Assembly: GCA_963805625.1 (NCBI GenBank)
Contig: CAWDVE010000020.1
Coordinates: forward strand, 12,521 to 76,520
Source: an uncultured Candidatus Rokubacteria bacterium
GTDB taxonomy: Bacteria > Methylomirabilota > Methylomirabilia > Rokubacteriales > DASRDR01
Direction of reading: 5' to 3'
DNA length: 64,000 bases
Shown here: piece by piece, positions 1 to 9,278 of the stretch
How positions within the stretch are numbered: position 1 is the stretch's first letter
How the letters are laid out: every line of letters begins with the position of its first letter
Translations under genes and position numbers: made by a program
Notes under the pieces: generated by a model
Database searches by the model: none
Seen by the model: the letters and a program-made list of their open reading frames with translations, nothing else
Told to the model about the DNA's origin: nothing

Positions 1-757
1 CGTGCCGAACCGCGCCGAGGCGAGCCAGAGCGCCGTGTGGACGTCCCGCAGCCCCCCGGCGGACTCCTTGACGTTCGGCTCCTGGAGGTACACGGAGCCG
101 CCGTGCCGGCGGTAGCGCTCGTCGCGCTCGACCAGCATCTGGGCAAGGAACTCCGGGTAGTCCCGGCGGTAGACCTCGCGGCGGAGCGTCTGCTGGAGCG
201 CGCGGAACAGGCGGTGGTCGCCGGCGAGCACGCGAGCGGCCTGCATCGACGTGCGGCTCGGCAGGTCTGTCCGCGCGAGGGCGAGGCAATCGTCGAGGGA
301 CCGGCAGGCGTGGCCCACGCGGAGACCGAGGTCCCAGAGGGTGTAGAGGATCTCCTGCGCCATCCGCTGGACATAGGGGGTGACCTCGCCTCCATGGATG
401 AGCATGAGGTCGAGGTCGGAGGAGGGGTGGAGCTCCCCGCGCCCGTACCCGCCGAGCGCGACCAGGACGAGGCGCGAGGGCGGGTGGCCCGCAGCGCGCA
501 CCTCGGCGGCGGCCGTCTCGTAGAGGCCGCGCAGGAGATCGTCCATGAACGCCGCGTGGGAGCGAACGCTCTCGGCGCCCGACGCTCCGTCGGCGTGACG
601 GGTCTTGAGGCGGTCGTAGGCGGTGGTGATGTGCTCGCGGAGCACGTCGAGACGCGCGCGCCGGCGCTGTTCGGGCCACTCCGCCTCGGGGCCGACGAAG
701 CTCTGCCTCACCGTCGCCTCCGCGCGACGCAGGCGCCCCACCAGCGTCTCAGCCATT
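1..757 (-). CDS. glnD: [Protein-PII] uridylyltransferase/uridylyl-removing enzyme, N-terminal part (gene continues beyond position 1)
   Basis: Not in the ORF track because it runs off the edge. Reverse-strand translation from the ATG at 757-755 reads MAETLVGRLRR...LVALGGYGRGELHPSSDLDLMLIHGG...YLQEPNVKESAGGLRDVHTALW. This is the nucleotidyltransferase N-terminus typical of GlnD. The + strand ORF 37..828 is its Arg/Gly-rich shadow. Confidence 0.85.
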
Positions 758-766
758 CCGAAATCG

Positions 767-795
767 ACGCTAGCATGGGGGGTAGGGGGTGTCAA
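767..795 (-). promoter_or_regulatory. Candidate sigma70-type promoter for glnD (-35 TTGACA, 17-nt spacer, -10 TAGCGT), implying a very short leader
   Basis: The minus strand reads TTGACA (795-790), then 17 nt, then TAGCGT (772-767). The glnD ATG is at 757. Pattern match only. Confidence 0.3.
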
Positions 796-824
796 ACCCG
801 CGCCACCATTGGCGCAGCGCCGAT

Positions 825-854
825 TTGACAGCCCTGCGTTCGGCCTCGTATCAT
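825..854 (+). promoter_or_regulatory. Candidate sigma70-type promoter for the ABC substrate-binding gene (-35 TTGACA, 18-nt spacer, -10 TATCAT)
   Basis: TTGACA at 825-830 and TATCAT at 849-854, about 85 nt upstream of the ATG at 940. This is an AT-richer patch in a GC-rich intergenic region. Confidence 0.4.
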
Positions 855-939
855 CCACCCGCGACCCGGGACCCGACGGGTCCCGCACCGTCCCCCGGGG
901 GTGGTGACGCACCCCGCACCCGTGAGAGGAGAACACCCC

Positions 940-1923
940 ATGAGGACCTCGCGACGCCAGTTTTTCCAGGTCACGGCCGGGGGTCTCGTTGCCGCCAGCG
1001 GCGTCGCCGGGCGCGCGCGCCCGGTAGCGGCCCAAGGGCCCACCGTCAAGATCGGCACGGCGGTTCTCGGCGACTTCTCACTGGTCGCCCCCATCGTCGT
1101 GGCAATCGAGAAGGGGTTCTTCCGGACCCAGGGCGTCACGGGCGAGTTTCAGCCCCTCCGCGGGGGCCCGGACCTGGTGAAGGCCGTGATGGCCGGGCAG
1201 CTCCAGATCGGGGCCACCGGCGCGACCGACGTGCCCGTCTTCCGGGCCACCGGGGTGCCCATCCGGTTCATCGCCTCCCAAGTAGACGGGAACCACTTCA
1301 CCCTCAATGTCACCCAGACGATCACCAAGCTCGCGGATCTCAAGGGCAAGTCGATCGGCGTGACGCGGGTGGGTGCGACCACCTGGATCTTCGCGATGAT
1401 GCTGGCCAAGCAGCAGGGCTGGGTGCCGGAGAAGGACATCACCGTCGTGGGCCTCGGAGGGCTCGACGCCCAGCTGGCGGCGCTCACCCGCGGTGAGATC
1501 GCCGCGTTCATCTGGGGGGACGGCGGGGCCGTGACGGAGCTCCAGGGCAAGTCGAAAATCCTGCTCCGACTCGACACCGTCACGCCGAAATGGATCAGCC
1601 AAGCGTACTACGCGACCGACGACTACATCAAGGGCAACAAGGACACGCTCCAGCGGACGTTGAAGGCGCTCTTCCAGGGAGCGCGCTTCATCCGCGAGAA
1701 CCCCGGGGAAGCCGCGACCATTGCGAGCAAGACACTTCAGTGGCCCGAAGAGGCGGTTGCTCGGGCCCAGAAGGTCTCGGGCCCGCTACTCTCCAAGGAC
1801 GGGGTACTGAGCGTCGAGGCTCTCGAGGTGATGCAGACCACGCTCCTCGAGTACAAGGCCCAGGAAAAGCGTGTCCCGACAGCCGATCTCTACGCGGCGG
1901 AGTTCACGCCCGTCCGGCTGTAG
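940..1923 (+). CDS. ABC transporter periplasmic substrate-binding protein, NitT/TauT (NMT1/THI5-like) family, Tat signal
   Basis: Track ORF 901..1923, with the start moved to the ATG at 940 behind GAGAGGAG. The N-terminus MRTSRRQFFQVTAGGLVAASG has a twin-arginine motif. The body resembles aliphatic sulfonate/nitrate/taurine-type binding proteins. Confidence 0.85.
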   Translation: MRTSRRQFFQVTAGGLVAASGVAGRARPVAAQGPTVKIGTAVLGDFSLVAPIVVAIEKGFFRTQGVTGEFQPLRGGPDLVKAVMAGQLQIGATGATDVPVFRATGVPIRFIASQVDGNHFTLNVTQTITKLADLKGKSIGVTRVGATTWIFAMMLAKQQGWVPEKDITVVGLGGLDAQLAALTRGEIAAFIWGDGGAVTELQGKSKILLRLDTVTPKWISQAYYATDDYIKGNKDTLQRTLKALFQGARFIRENPGEAATIASKTLQWPEEAVARAQKVSGPLLSKDGVLSVEALEVMQTTLLEYKAQEKRVPTADLYAAEFTPVRL

Positions 1924-1973
1924 CGACCCTCGTCGAGAAAGTCGCTCATCGGCGCGGGCTCGCGCGGCACGCG

Positions 1974-2717
1974 CTAGCGCCAGTGGCCGAGGCGCCGGTT
2001 CAGGCGCTCGAGCCCGAGGACGACGCCGACCGAGAGGAGCGACACCAGTGCCGTCGCGGCGAAGAGCTCGGGCGCTCGGAACGCGTTGGCGAGACCGACC
2101 AGCAGGAAGCCCATGCCCCGGATCCCGCCGAACATCTCGACGACGAGGACTCCCAGGAGGCAGAAGACGATTCCGAGCCGCATCCCCGCCAGGGCCGCCG
2201 GCAGCACGGCTGGCAGGATGACCTTCCGGTAGAGCTGCCACGGCGTCGCCCCCATCGAGCGGGCGACCAGGAGCGGCGTCCGGTCGACGTCCCGCACCCC
2301 GCCGGCCACCAGGAGACAGATCGGGAAGAATCCCTGGAGCACTCCGTAGACGACCGCCGGCGTCGCGGCGAGTCCGAAGGTGAGCATGATCCACGGCAGG
2401 ATCAGGATTTTGGGCAGTGCGTACAGCGCGACGAGGAACGGGTTGAGGACGTCGTGGAGATAGCGCACGCCGCCGATCAGGAGACCGGCGCCGACGCCGA
2501 GCCCCACGGCGAGGGCGTAGGCGACGAGGGTCTTCCCCAGGGTCTCGCCGAGCAGGCCCAGCGCCTCCGGCGCGATCGCCCGGAAGGCGCGCGCCACCGC
2601 CGATGGCGCCGGCACGAAGAGCGGATCGGCCCAGCCGACTCGCGCGGCGACCTCCCAGGCCAGGACGAGCGCCCCGAGCGAGACGGCCTGGATCAGCCGG
2701 CGGCGGGCCGGGCTCAC
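1974..2717 (-). CDS. ABC transporter permease (NitT/TauT family)
   Basis: C-terminal 247 aa of track ORF 1974..3155. It is multi-TM with a BPD-type permease core (LARSMGATPWQLYRKVILPAVLPA). The GTG start at 2717 overlaps the upstream stop (GTGA). Confidence 0.85.
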   Translation of the reverse strand: MSPARRRLIQAVSLGALVLAWEVAARVGWADPLFVPAPSAVARAFRAIAPEALGLLGETLGKTLVAYALAVGLGVGAGLLIGGVRYLHDVLNPFLVALYALPKILILPWIMLTFGLAATPAVVYGVLQGFFPICLLVAGGVRDVDRTPLLVARSMGATPWQLYRKVILPAVLPAALAGMRLGIVFCLLGVLVVEMFGGIRGMGFLLVGLANAFRAPELFAATALVSLLSVGVVLGLERLNRRLGHWR

Positions 2718-3472
2718 GCCGCACCCTCCATCCACCGCCGAGCGCGCGTCTCGGTCCAGGCCGCGGCGCCGTCGACGACCAGCACGAGCCCGAGCGCCAG
2801 CAGGGCGAGCGCCGCGTAGTCCGCCGTCCGGAAGAAGCCGTACGCGTAGTTGATGAGGTACCCGAGCCCCCGCCGCGCGCCGAGGATCTCGCCGACGAGC
2901 ACCCCGACGACTGTCAGCGCGAGGCCCGCCCGGAGCCCGGCCACGAGCGTGGCCGTGATCCCCGGCAGGATGACCTTGACGAAACACGTCCCCGATCCCG
3001 CCCCGAGGCTCCGCGCGACGGTCAGCAGATGCGGATCCACGGAGCGGATGCCGGCGAGGACGGCCAGCACCACGGGGAAGAACCCGAGCAGCACGCCGAA
3101 CGCGATCTTCGACGCGGGGCCGAGGCCGAAGAAGAGCATCAGCGACGGGTACCACACGACGCTCGGAATCGCGTAGAGAGCCGAGAGGAGCGGCTCGTAG
3201 ATCTCCCCGACGTGACGCGGCAGCCCGAGGGCGAAGCCGAGCGCGAGGCCGAGGCCGACGGCAAGCGCGTAGGCGACGAGCACCTCGTACACCGTCAGTC
3301 CAAAATGCCCCAGAAGGGTCGGGTAGGCCTCCAGCCGGAGCAGCCGGACGAGGGCGGGCAGGACGCGCGAGGGCGGGACATAGAGGAGCGGATCTCGGCC
3401 TCTCGCCCCCAGCTCCCAGAGGACCAAGAGCCCGGCCAGGACGGCCAGCCGCGAGAGCACGATCCGTCTCAC
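2714..3472 (-). CDS. ABC transporter permease (NitT/TauT family), second subunit
   Basis: C-terminal part of track ORF 2714..4210 (VRRIVLSRLAVLAGLLV...VARSLGAGSGTCFVKVILPGI). The GTG start at 3472 overlaps the ATPase stop (GTGA). The Arg/Pro-rich N-terminal extension in the track is spurious. Confidence 0.85.
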   Translation of the reverse strand: MRRIVLSRLAVLAGLLVLWELGARGRDPLLYVPPSRVLPALVRLLRLEAYPTLLGHFGLTVYEVLVAYALAVGLGLALGFALGLPRHVGEIYEPLLSALYAIPSVVWYPSLMLFFGLGPASKIAFGVLLGFFPVVLAVLAGIRSVDPHLLTVARSLGAGSGTCFVKVILPGITATLVAGLRAGLALTVVGVLVGEILGARRGLGYLINYAYGFFRTADYAALALLALGLVLVVDGAAAWTETRARRWMEGAA

Positions 3473-4260
3473 GCGCCGCCGTCCAGCGCGCGCCGCGACT
3501 CGTCGCGGATCGCGTCCCACAGCGCGTGCCGGAGGGTCGCGGCCGGCACTGTGTCCAGATCGCGCGGGGTGGGGACCGTCACCTCGAAGCTCGCCTTGAT
3601 CCGCCCCGGCCGCGCCGTCATGACCACGATGCGCTGGGAGAGGAGGATCGCCTCCTGGAGGCTGTGGGTCACGAAGACGACGGTCTTCCGGGTCCGGGCC
3701 CAGATGCCGAGGAGCCACTCGCCCATGAGGAGCCGCGTCTGCTCGTCGAGAGCCCCGAAGGGCTCGTCCATGAGGAGGATGGGGGCGTCGAGGGCAAGCG
3801 CGCGCGCGATGGCCACGCGCTGCTTCATCCCGCCCGAGAGCTCCCGGGGGTAGCGCGCCTCGAACCCGCGGAGTCCCACGGGCTCGAGGAGCGCGCGGGA
3901 CCGCTCGCGCCGGGTCCCCGCGGACACGCCCTGGAGCTCGAGCCCGAACTCGACGTTCTCGAGCGCCGTGCGCCAGGGAAACAGCCCCGGATCCTGGAAG
4001 ACCATCGCCATCTGGCGCGGGTCGGGGCCGTTCACCGGCCGGCCCGCGATCCGGACCTCGCCCGTGTCGGGCGTGGCGAGCCCGCCGATGATCGAGAGGA
4101 GTGTCGACTTGCCGCAGCCCGAGGGGCCCAGCACCGTGAGGAACTCCTGCGGGGCGACGTCGAGCGAGACGGCCTCGAGCGCGGGGACGGGCTGGTCCCG
4201 CGTGCGCCACGCTTTGGCGACGGCGCGCACCTCGATGTGGGCGGCGGTCACGGGCCGCAT
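3469..4260 (-). CDS. ABC transporter ATP-binding protein (NitT/TauT family)
   Basis: C-terminal 263 aa of track ORF 3469..5058, starting MRPVTAAHIEV. It has Walker A (GPSGCGKST), the signature LSGGMKQRVAIARAL and Walker B (LLMDEPFGALD). Confidence 0.9.
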   Translation of the reverse strand: MRPVTAAHIEVRAVAKAWRTRDQPVPALEAVSLDVAPQEFLTVLGPSGCGKSTLLSIIGGLATPDTGEVRIAGRPVNGPDPRQMAMVFQDPGLFPWRTALENVEFGLELQGVSAGTRRERSRALLEPVGLRGFEARYPRELSGGMKQRVAIARALALDAPILLMDEPFGALDEQTRLLMGEWLLGIWARTRKTVVFVTHSLQEAILLSQRIVVMTARPGRIKASFEVTVPTPRDLDTVPAATLRHALWDAIRDESRRALDGGA

Positions 4261-4307
4261 CCTATCCCGGCCGGCCGGTCGCCCGCGAGGGCGGCTCGGC
4301 GGGGCGC

Positions 4308-7004
4308 TCAGCGCGGGGTGGCAGGCGCGGCCGTGAGCCAGGCCGGGGCCAGCCCGGCAAGGCGCTCGGCCAGGGCCGCCCGCACGTCCGGCATGACAGT
4401 CGTCCGGTCCACGTCGAGCGTGCCGCGGCCATGGTAGTGCACCTGGAGCTCGAAGTCCACCGGCTCCAGCTCCGTCGCGAACGGCAGCACGACCTCCTCC
4501 CACGCCCCCGGCCCGGGTCTCGGAGTCCAGTCCAGAAACGCGACCGAATCGTACCCGCGCCCCGGGAGGTGTCGGAGGACCTCGAGCCGTGCGATCGGTC
4601 CCGCAGCCGCAGGCGCGCCGCGCACGCGGAAGGTCGCGAGATACCGGCCACGGAGGAAGTGCTCGGGCAGCCAGACCTTCACCACTCCGGCCGGAGTCGC
4701 GCCGCCCACGGCCCGCAGGAACTGCCCCCCGCCGGCCGTGGCGTCCTCGACGACGACGCCGATCCGCGCCGGGCTCGACTCCGCTTCGCCCCGGAAGATG
4801 TGCCCGTACCAGGTGAAGCGCCCGCGGCCGAGGAGGGCCGCGTAGCGCGCCCGCCACGCGTCCCCGTCCGGGCGGGCGGCCAGCTCGACGAGCCCCTCGA
4901 GGAGGCCGGGCGCGGCCCGCTGAAGGTCGCCGAGCGCCGCCCGGGCCCCGTCCGGCTGCCCGGCCCGCGCGCGCGCCCAGGCCAGGTCGAGGAGCCGGGC
5001 CGGCTCTATCCAGCGCGCACCGCGGCATGCGTCGAGCTGGCCGATGGCCCCCGTCCAATCCTCGAGCGCGAGGAGCTGCTCGGCCACATCGCAGGGCGTC
5101 CGGAGCAGGCGGACGGCGACGCGGCCCGTGCCGGGCTCGAGCCCCAGGCGGTAGACGTGCTTGAACCAGGGGAACCCTCGCCAGGGCGCGAGCTCGACGA
5201 TGGTCGCGCGCCGGGAGTCGACGGACCAGCCGCGGCTCCGGAGCCCCCAGCGCACGCGGAGCCGGCCGTCGCCGGCCAGCGCGAGCACGATCCGGGGGAG
5301 CGGCGTCCGCGACACGAGCGTCCAGGTGCGCGGGTGACCCGGGGTCACGACGACGACGGCCCGGTCTGGGACCGCGTCGGGATCCAGGAAGACGACGTCC
5401 TCGTCCGAGGCGGCGTCGTCGGGCGGGGGGAACGCGTACGGCACCCCCATCGATTCGAGGTCGTAGTAGCTGATCGTCGGCGCGATGAACCCACGGGGGA
5501 GGAGCTCGAAGCGTCGCAGGAGCTTTCCCTCTCGCTCGAGCCGCGCGACCGTCTGGATCATCGGCTCGCTGCGCTGCGCCGAGTACCAGACGTGATGCCG
5601 ATCGTCGCTCTGGGTATCCATGGCGAGGATCGGACCCCGCACCGTCGGATCTGCCTGCGCGTACTCAGGGAGAGAGATAGACCGCACGTCGGGAGGCCAG
5701 TGGCGCTGCCGCCACCGGAGCGCAAGCTCCCGCGTGTCGTCGGTCCAGAAGAGGTAGGCGACGTGGAGCGCGTCCACGGTCCCGAGCGCGACCAGCGCCA
5801 GCGCCGCCCCGAGCGCCGCCCGCCGCGACCACCGGCCGAGGCTCACCACGGCCACCGCCGCGGCCAGCGCCACGAAGGGAGCGAGGATCACGAGGTAGCG
5901 GTCGTCGAGGCCGTGCGGGCGGAACCAGACGTAGATCGCGAGCACGATCGCGGGGGTTGTCAGGACGAGCGCGCCCGGCCAACCGCGACGCGCCAGGAGG
6001 GCGATCCCGGCGAGGGTGGCCAGGCACACGGGAAGCCCGCACCACTCGAGCGCGAGGCCGAGGACCACGCGGCCTCCGAGCCAGAACCGCTGGAGCACCG
6101 GCGGGGGCTTGCCGATGAACAGCTCCGGGGAGTCCTGGACCTGGCGAAGCCAGCGGCCCGGCTCGAGCAGCAGGAGCGGCGTGCTCAGCGCAAAGGCGAC
6201 GAAGGTCAGGGCACACGCGCCCCCGAGGAGGGCGGCGGCGTGAGCCGGCGCGCGGCGCTGGCCGCCGACGATGGCCACGAGCGCCGTGGCAAGTACCACC
6301 ACCCCGAAGAACTTGGCCGAGGCGGCGAGCCCCGCCAGCGCGCCCGTCGCCAGGATCGCCGCCGAGCGCCCGCTCAGGAGGGCGATCGTCGCTGCGCCAA
6401 AGGCCGCGACGACGAAGAAGGTCTGCGCGACGTCGCCCATCTCGTAGTGAGCGTTCACGATCGACGCCGGGCTCAGCGCCAGGAGGCCGGCGGCCAGGAG
6501 TCCAACGCGCCAGCCGAACAGCCACCGCGCCGCGACGGCGAGGAGGCCCACGGTCGCCATCCCCAGGACCGCGTTGATCAGGCGCACCGTGACGACCACC
6601 TGCGGCCACGAGGGGCTCTCCGCCGGGCCGTGCGGATCGATGAGGGCGCCGACCCGTAGCAGCAGCGCCGCGAGGTACATGTGGAGCACCGGGTACGTGT
6701 CCTCGGGCACGAGGTCGCCCCGCAGGAAGGGCACGACACGCAGCAGCTGCTTCGTCGTGTCGGAGTGGTAGACCCAGTCGGGCAACCCGTAGCTGACGCC
6801 GGCCATGCGCAGCAGGAACGCTACGGCGAGGATCGTGGCGAGGAGCCCGCGAGCCCACACGGGACGCGACTCGACGCCCGAGGCCGCGACAGGCGGGGGC
6901 GACGCCGGCTGCACGCCTCGATTGTACTCGGCGCTCACGCGCGGGCGGAGCGGCGCCGGCGGGGCGGCCGGGCGAACGATGGTACACTCCGTCCGCCATG
7001 CCAC
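4308..7004 (-). CDS. Membrane glycosyltransferase, family 39 (ArnT/PMT-like) N-terminal half plus a roughly 430-aa C-terminal domain of unknown function
   Basis: Track ORF of 898 aa. The first half has about 10 predicted TM helices with the layout of GT-C type 4-amino-4-deoxy-L-arabinose/mannosyl transferases. The start is uncertain: in-frame GTGs lie at 6938 and further in, and the 7004 ATG would overlap hisC. Confidence 0.7.
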   Translation of the reverse strand: MAWRTECTIVRPAAPPAPLRPRVSAEYNRGVQPASPPPVAASGVESRPVWARGLLATILAVAFLLRMAGVSYGLPDWVYHSDTTKQLLRVVPFLRGDLVPEDTYPVLHMYLAALLLRVGALIDPHGPAESPSWPQVVVTVRLINAVLGMATVGLLAVAARWLFGWRVGLLAAGLLALSPASIVNAHYEMGDVAQTFFVVAAFGAATIALLSGRSAAILATGALAGLAASAKFFGVVVLATALVAIVGGQRRAPAHAAALLGGACALTFVAFALSTPLLLLEPGRWLRQVQDSPELFIGKPPPVLQRFWLGGRVVLGLALEWCGLPVCLATLAGIALLARRGWPGALVLTTPAIVLAIYVWFRPHGLDDRYLVILAPFVALAAAVAVVSLGRWSRRAALGAALALVALGTVDALHVAYLFWTDDTRELALRWRQRHWPPDVRSISLPEYAQADPTVRGPILAMDTQSDDRHHVWYSAQRSEPMIQTVARLEREGKLLRRFELLPRGFIAPTISYYDLESMGVPYAFPPPDDAASDEDVVFLDPDAVPDRAVVVVTPGHPRTWTLVSRTPLPRIVLALAGDGRLRVRWGLRSRGWSVDSRRATIVELAPWRGFPWFKHVYRLGLEPGTGRVAVRLLRTPCDVAEQLLALEDWTGAIGQLDACRGARWIEPARLLDLAWARARAGQPDGARAALGDLQRAAPGLLEGLVELAARPDGDAWRARYAALLGRGRFTWYGHIFRGEAESSPARIGVVVEDATAGGGQFLRAVGGATPAGVVKVWLPEHFLRGRYLATFRVRGAPAAAGPIARLEVLRHLPGRGYDSVAFLDWTPRPGPGAWEEVVLPFATELEPVDFELQVHYHGRGTLDVDRTTVMPDVRAALAERLAGLAPAWLTAAPATPR

Positions 7005-8092
7005 CCCGCTGGCGACCGGTCCTCGCCGAGATCGTCCCCTACGTCGTGCCGCCGCCGCTCGACGCGCTCGCGGCCGAGCTGGGCCGCCCGGTGCTTCGGC
7101 TGTCCGCCAACGAGAACCCGCTCGGTCCCTCGCCGCTCGCCGTGGCCGCGATCCGCCGCGAGGCCGAGCGGATCCATCTCTACCCCGACGGCGGCGCCCC
7201 GGCGCTGGCGGAGGCCGTGGCCAGCACGCTCGGCGTCACACCGGACCAGCTGGTCTTCGGCAACGGCGGTGACGAGATCCTCACGCTCCTCGCGCGCGCC
7301 CTCCTCGACCCCGGCGACGAAGTGGTGGTGCCGGAGCCCTCGTTCGAACCGTACACGACGAGTGCCCGGCTCGCCGGCGCCAAGGTCGTGACGAGCCCGC
7401 TCCGCGATTACCGGATCGACCTCGACGACGTCCTGGCGCGCATCGGGCCGCGCACCAAGCTCGTCTGCCTGTCGAGCCCCCACAATCCGACGGGGACGGT
7501 ACTCGGCCGGGCTGCGTGGGAGGGGTTCTGCGCGCGCTGCCCCGGCGACGTCCTGGTGCTCCTCGACGAGGCGTACGTCGACTTCATCGAGGCTCCCGAG
7601 CGCGCCGCGGACGGGCTGGCGACGCTCCGGATGCGGCCCGAGAGCCTGGTGCTCCTTCGGACGTTCTCCAAGATCACCGGCCTCGCGGGGCTCCGCGTCG
7701 GCTACGCGATCGCCGGCCCGGACGTGATCGGCTCGCTCGAGCGCACGCGCGAGCCCTTTAACGTCGGCCGGGTGGCGCAGGCCGGGGCGGTGGCGGCCAC
7801 GCACGACCTGGCGCATCGCGAGGCGACGCAGCGCGTGGTGTGGGCGGAGCGGCGGGCGCTGGCGGCGGCGTTCGCCGGTCGGGGGCTGTCCCACCCCCCG
7901 ACCGAGGCGAACTTCTTCCTGGTGCGCCTGGGGCGACCGGCGGGCCCCGTGGTCGCGGCGCTCCGGGCCCGGGGCGTGCTGGTGCGGGACGGCGCCGCAG
8001 TGGGCTACCCGGAGCACCTTCGCATCAGCGTCGGCACTCCGGAGCAGAACGCGCGCCTGCTCGACGCGCTCGACCGAGCCCTGGCCGCCTGA
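6998..8092 (+). CDS. hisC: Histidinol-phosphate aminotransferase
   Basis: 364 aa. LSANENPLGPSP, YPDGG, the FSKITGLAGLRVGY pyridoxal-lysine motif and the overall class-II aminotransferase layout. Confidence 0.9.
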   Translation: MPPRWRPVLAEIVPYVVPPPLDALAAELGRPVLRLSANENPLGPSPLAVAAIRREAERIHLYPDGGAPALAEAVASTLGVTPDQLVFGNGGDEILTLLARALLDPGDEVVVPEPSFEPYTTSARLAGAKVVTSPLRDYRIDLDDVLARIGPRTKLVCLSSPHNPTGTVLGRAAWEGFCARCPGDVLVLLDEAYVDFIEAPERAADGLATLRMRPESLVLLRTFSKITGLAGLRVGYAIAGPDVIGSLERTREPFNVGRVAQAGAVAATHDLAHREATQRVVWAERRALAAAFAGRGLSHPPTEANFFLVRLGRPAGPVVAALRARGVLVRDGAAVGYPEHLRISVGTPEQNARLLDALDRALAA

Positions 8093-8109
8093 CGGCGCTC
8101 GGCGCTACG

Positions 8110-8583
8110 CTACGGCGTGCGCTTGGCCGGCGTCGGGCGACTGGCCACGGGGGTGGCCTTGGGCCGGGCCGGCGCCGCCGTCGTCACCTTCGTCGCCGCC
8201 TTCGGCTTCTCAGCCTTGGCGGCCACCGGGCGCGACGACGCGGCCTTCTCCAGGGTCACGACCCGCTCGGCGAGGGAGTCCTTCTCGGCCGAGATCGCAG
8301 CGAGCCGCTTCTGGATCAGGTCCACCTGCCGCTGGGCGTCCTCCGCCCTCAGGCGCTGCGTCTCCGCCTCGGCGCGGATCCCGTTGACCTGCGCGCCGAG
8401 CGCCTCGGCGCGCGTGGCAGCCTGGTTCCACTGGTAGCCGACGAACACGAGCGCGAGGGCGAGCACCACGCTGGCGATCGCGCCCCAGGCGCGGCGCCGC
8501 GGCTCCTCCTCGTACATCTCGTCCAGGTCGTCGTCGGACGTCTCGCGTGGTTGCGGCTTCAACTCCTGTTGGATCGTTGCCAT
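8110..8583 (-). CDS. Membrane-anchored coiled-coil protein, unknown function
   Basis: Track ORF 8110..8613, with the start moved to the ATG at 8583 behind GGAGGG. It has an acidic N-terminus, one TM helix (WGAIASVVLALALVFVGY), a heptad-like segment and an Ala/Pro/Lys-rich tail. Confidence 0.55.
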   Translation of the reverse strand: MATIQQELKPQPRETSDDDLDEMYEEEPRRRAWGAIASVVLALALVFVGYQWNQAATRAEALGAQVNGIRAEAETQRLRAEDAQRQVDLIQKRLAAISAEKDSLAERVVTLEKAASSRPVAAKAEKPKAATKVTTAAPARPKATPVASRPTPAKRTP

Positions 8584-8714
8584 GCGTCCCTCCCTCGCGC
8601 AAAATTGTCCCACCCGTCCCAGGGAGCACCCAAAGAAATTCGCCGGTCTCGCACTCGGAAGGCTGCGTCGTGACCAGTCGCTGCGGTATAGTACGCCGCG
8701 AGGATCGGAGGCCG

Positions 8715-9278
8715 ATGATGGCGACAGGCGATCCGGCGCGGACGCCCAGCCTGGCCCGCTTCTTCGAGCGCGTCGTCCGTCAGGGGCTCGCTGACCTTCG
8801 ACTCGGGGGGCCGGCCGAAGGGGCCTACCTCGCCGCGCTGCTCACCCGATTCGGGCGCACGGACGAGCTCTACGCGATCCGGGACACGGCCGGGCGGCCG
8901 CTCGACTCGGTGGCGGCGCTCCTGATCGAGGCCGAGCGCGCCTGGGACTTCCAGGCGCCGGACTTCGATCCCTTCCGGGAGCGGCGAATCCGTCAGCACG
9001 TGGGCGACTACGCATTGTTCATGACCGGTCTGTTCCGGGAGCACGTCGAGCGCCGGGTGGGGGCCGCCTACTATGTGCGGCAAGGGCAGCGCGCCTACCA
9101 GGCCGTCGCCGACTTCGAGCGATCGGCCCTCCGGCCGGAGGCACGGCTGTTCTCGACCCTGGCCGCGGGGTTCGAGCGCTACGCCGCGGCGCTCGCCTAC
9201 TTGAAGCGCGTGTACTTCTGCCCCGCCGACTCCCCGCCCACCTTCCAGCCCGTGCTGCGGCTCTTGACCCAATGGTAG
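8715..9278 (+). CDS. Hypothetical protein
   Basis: In-frame ATG-ATG at 8715 within track ORF 8547..9278. Composition is normal and not Arg/Pro-shadow-like. No motif recognised. Confidence 0.5.
   Translation: MMATGDPARTPSLARFFERVVRQGLADLRLGGPAEGAYLAALLTRFGRTDELYAIRDTAGRPLDSVAALLIEAERAWDFQAPDFDPFRERRIRQHVGDYALFMTGLFREHVERRVGAAYYVRQGQRAYQAVADFERSALRPEARLFSTLAAGFERYAAALAYLKRVYFCPADSPPTFQPVLRLLTQW

Noticed and set aside
37-828. 263-aa + strand ORF at the window start
   Set aside because: It is an Arg/Gly/Ala/Val-rich shadow. The opposite strand encodes a clear GlnD N-terminus (GGYGRGEL..SDLDL, EPNVKESAGGLRD).
4431-6659. 742-aa + strand ORF
   Set aside because: Its composition is extreme in Arg/Pro/Glu/Asp. 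It is antisense to the polytopic GT39-like gene and is a typical high-GC shadow ORF.
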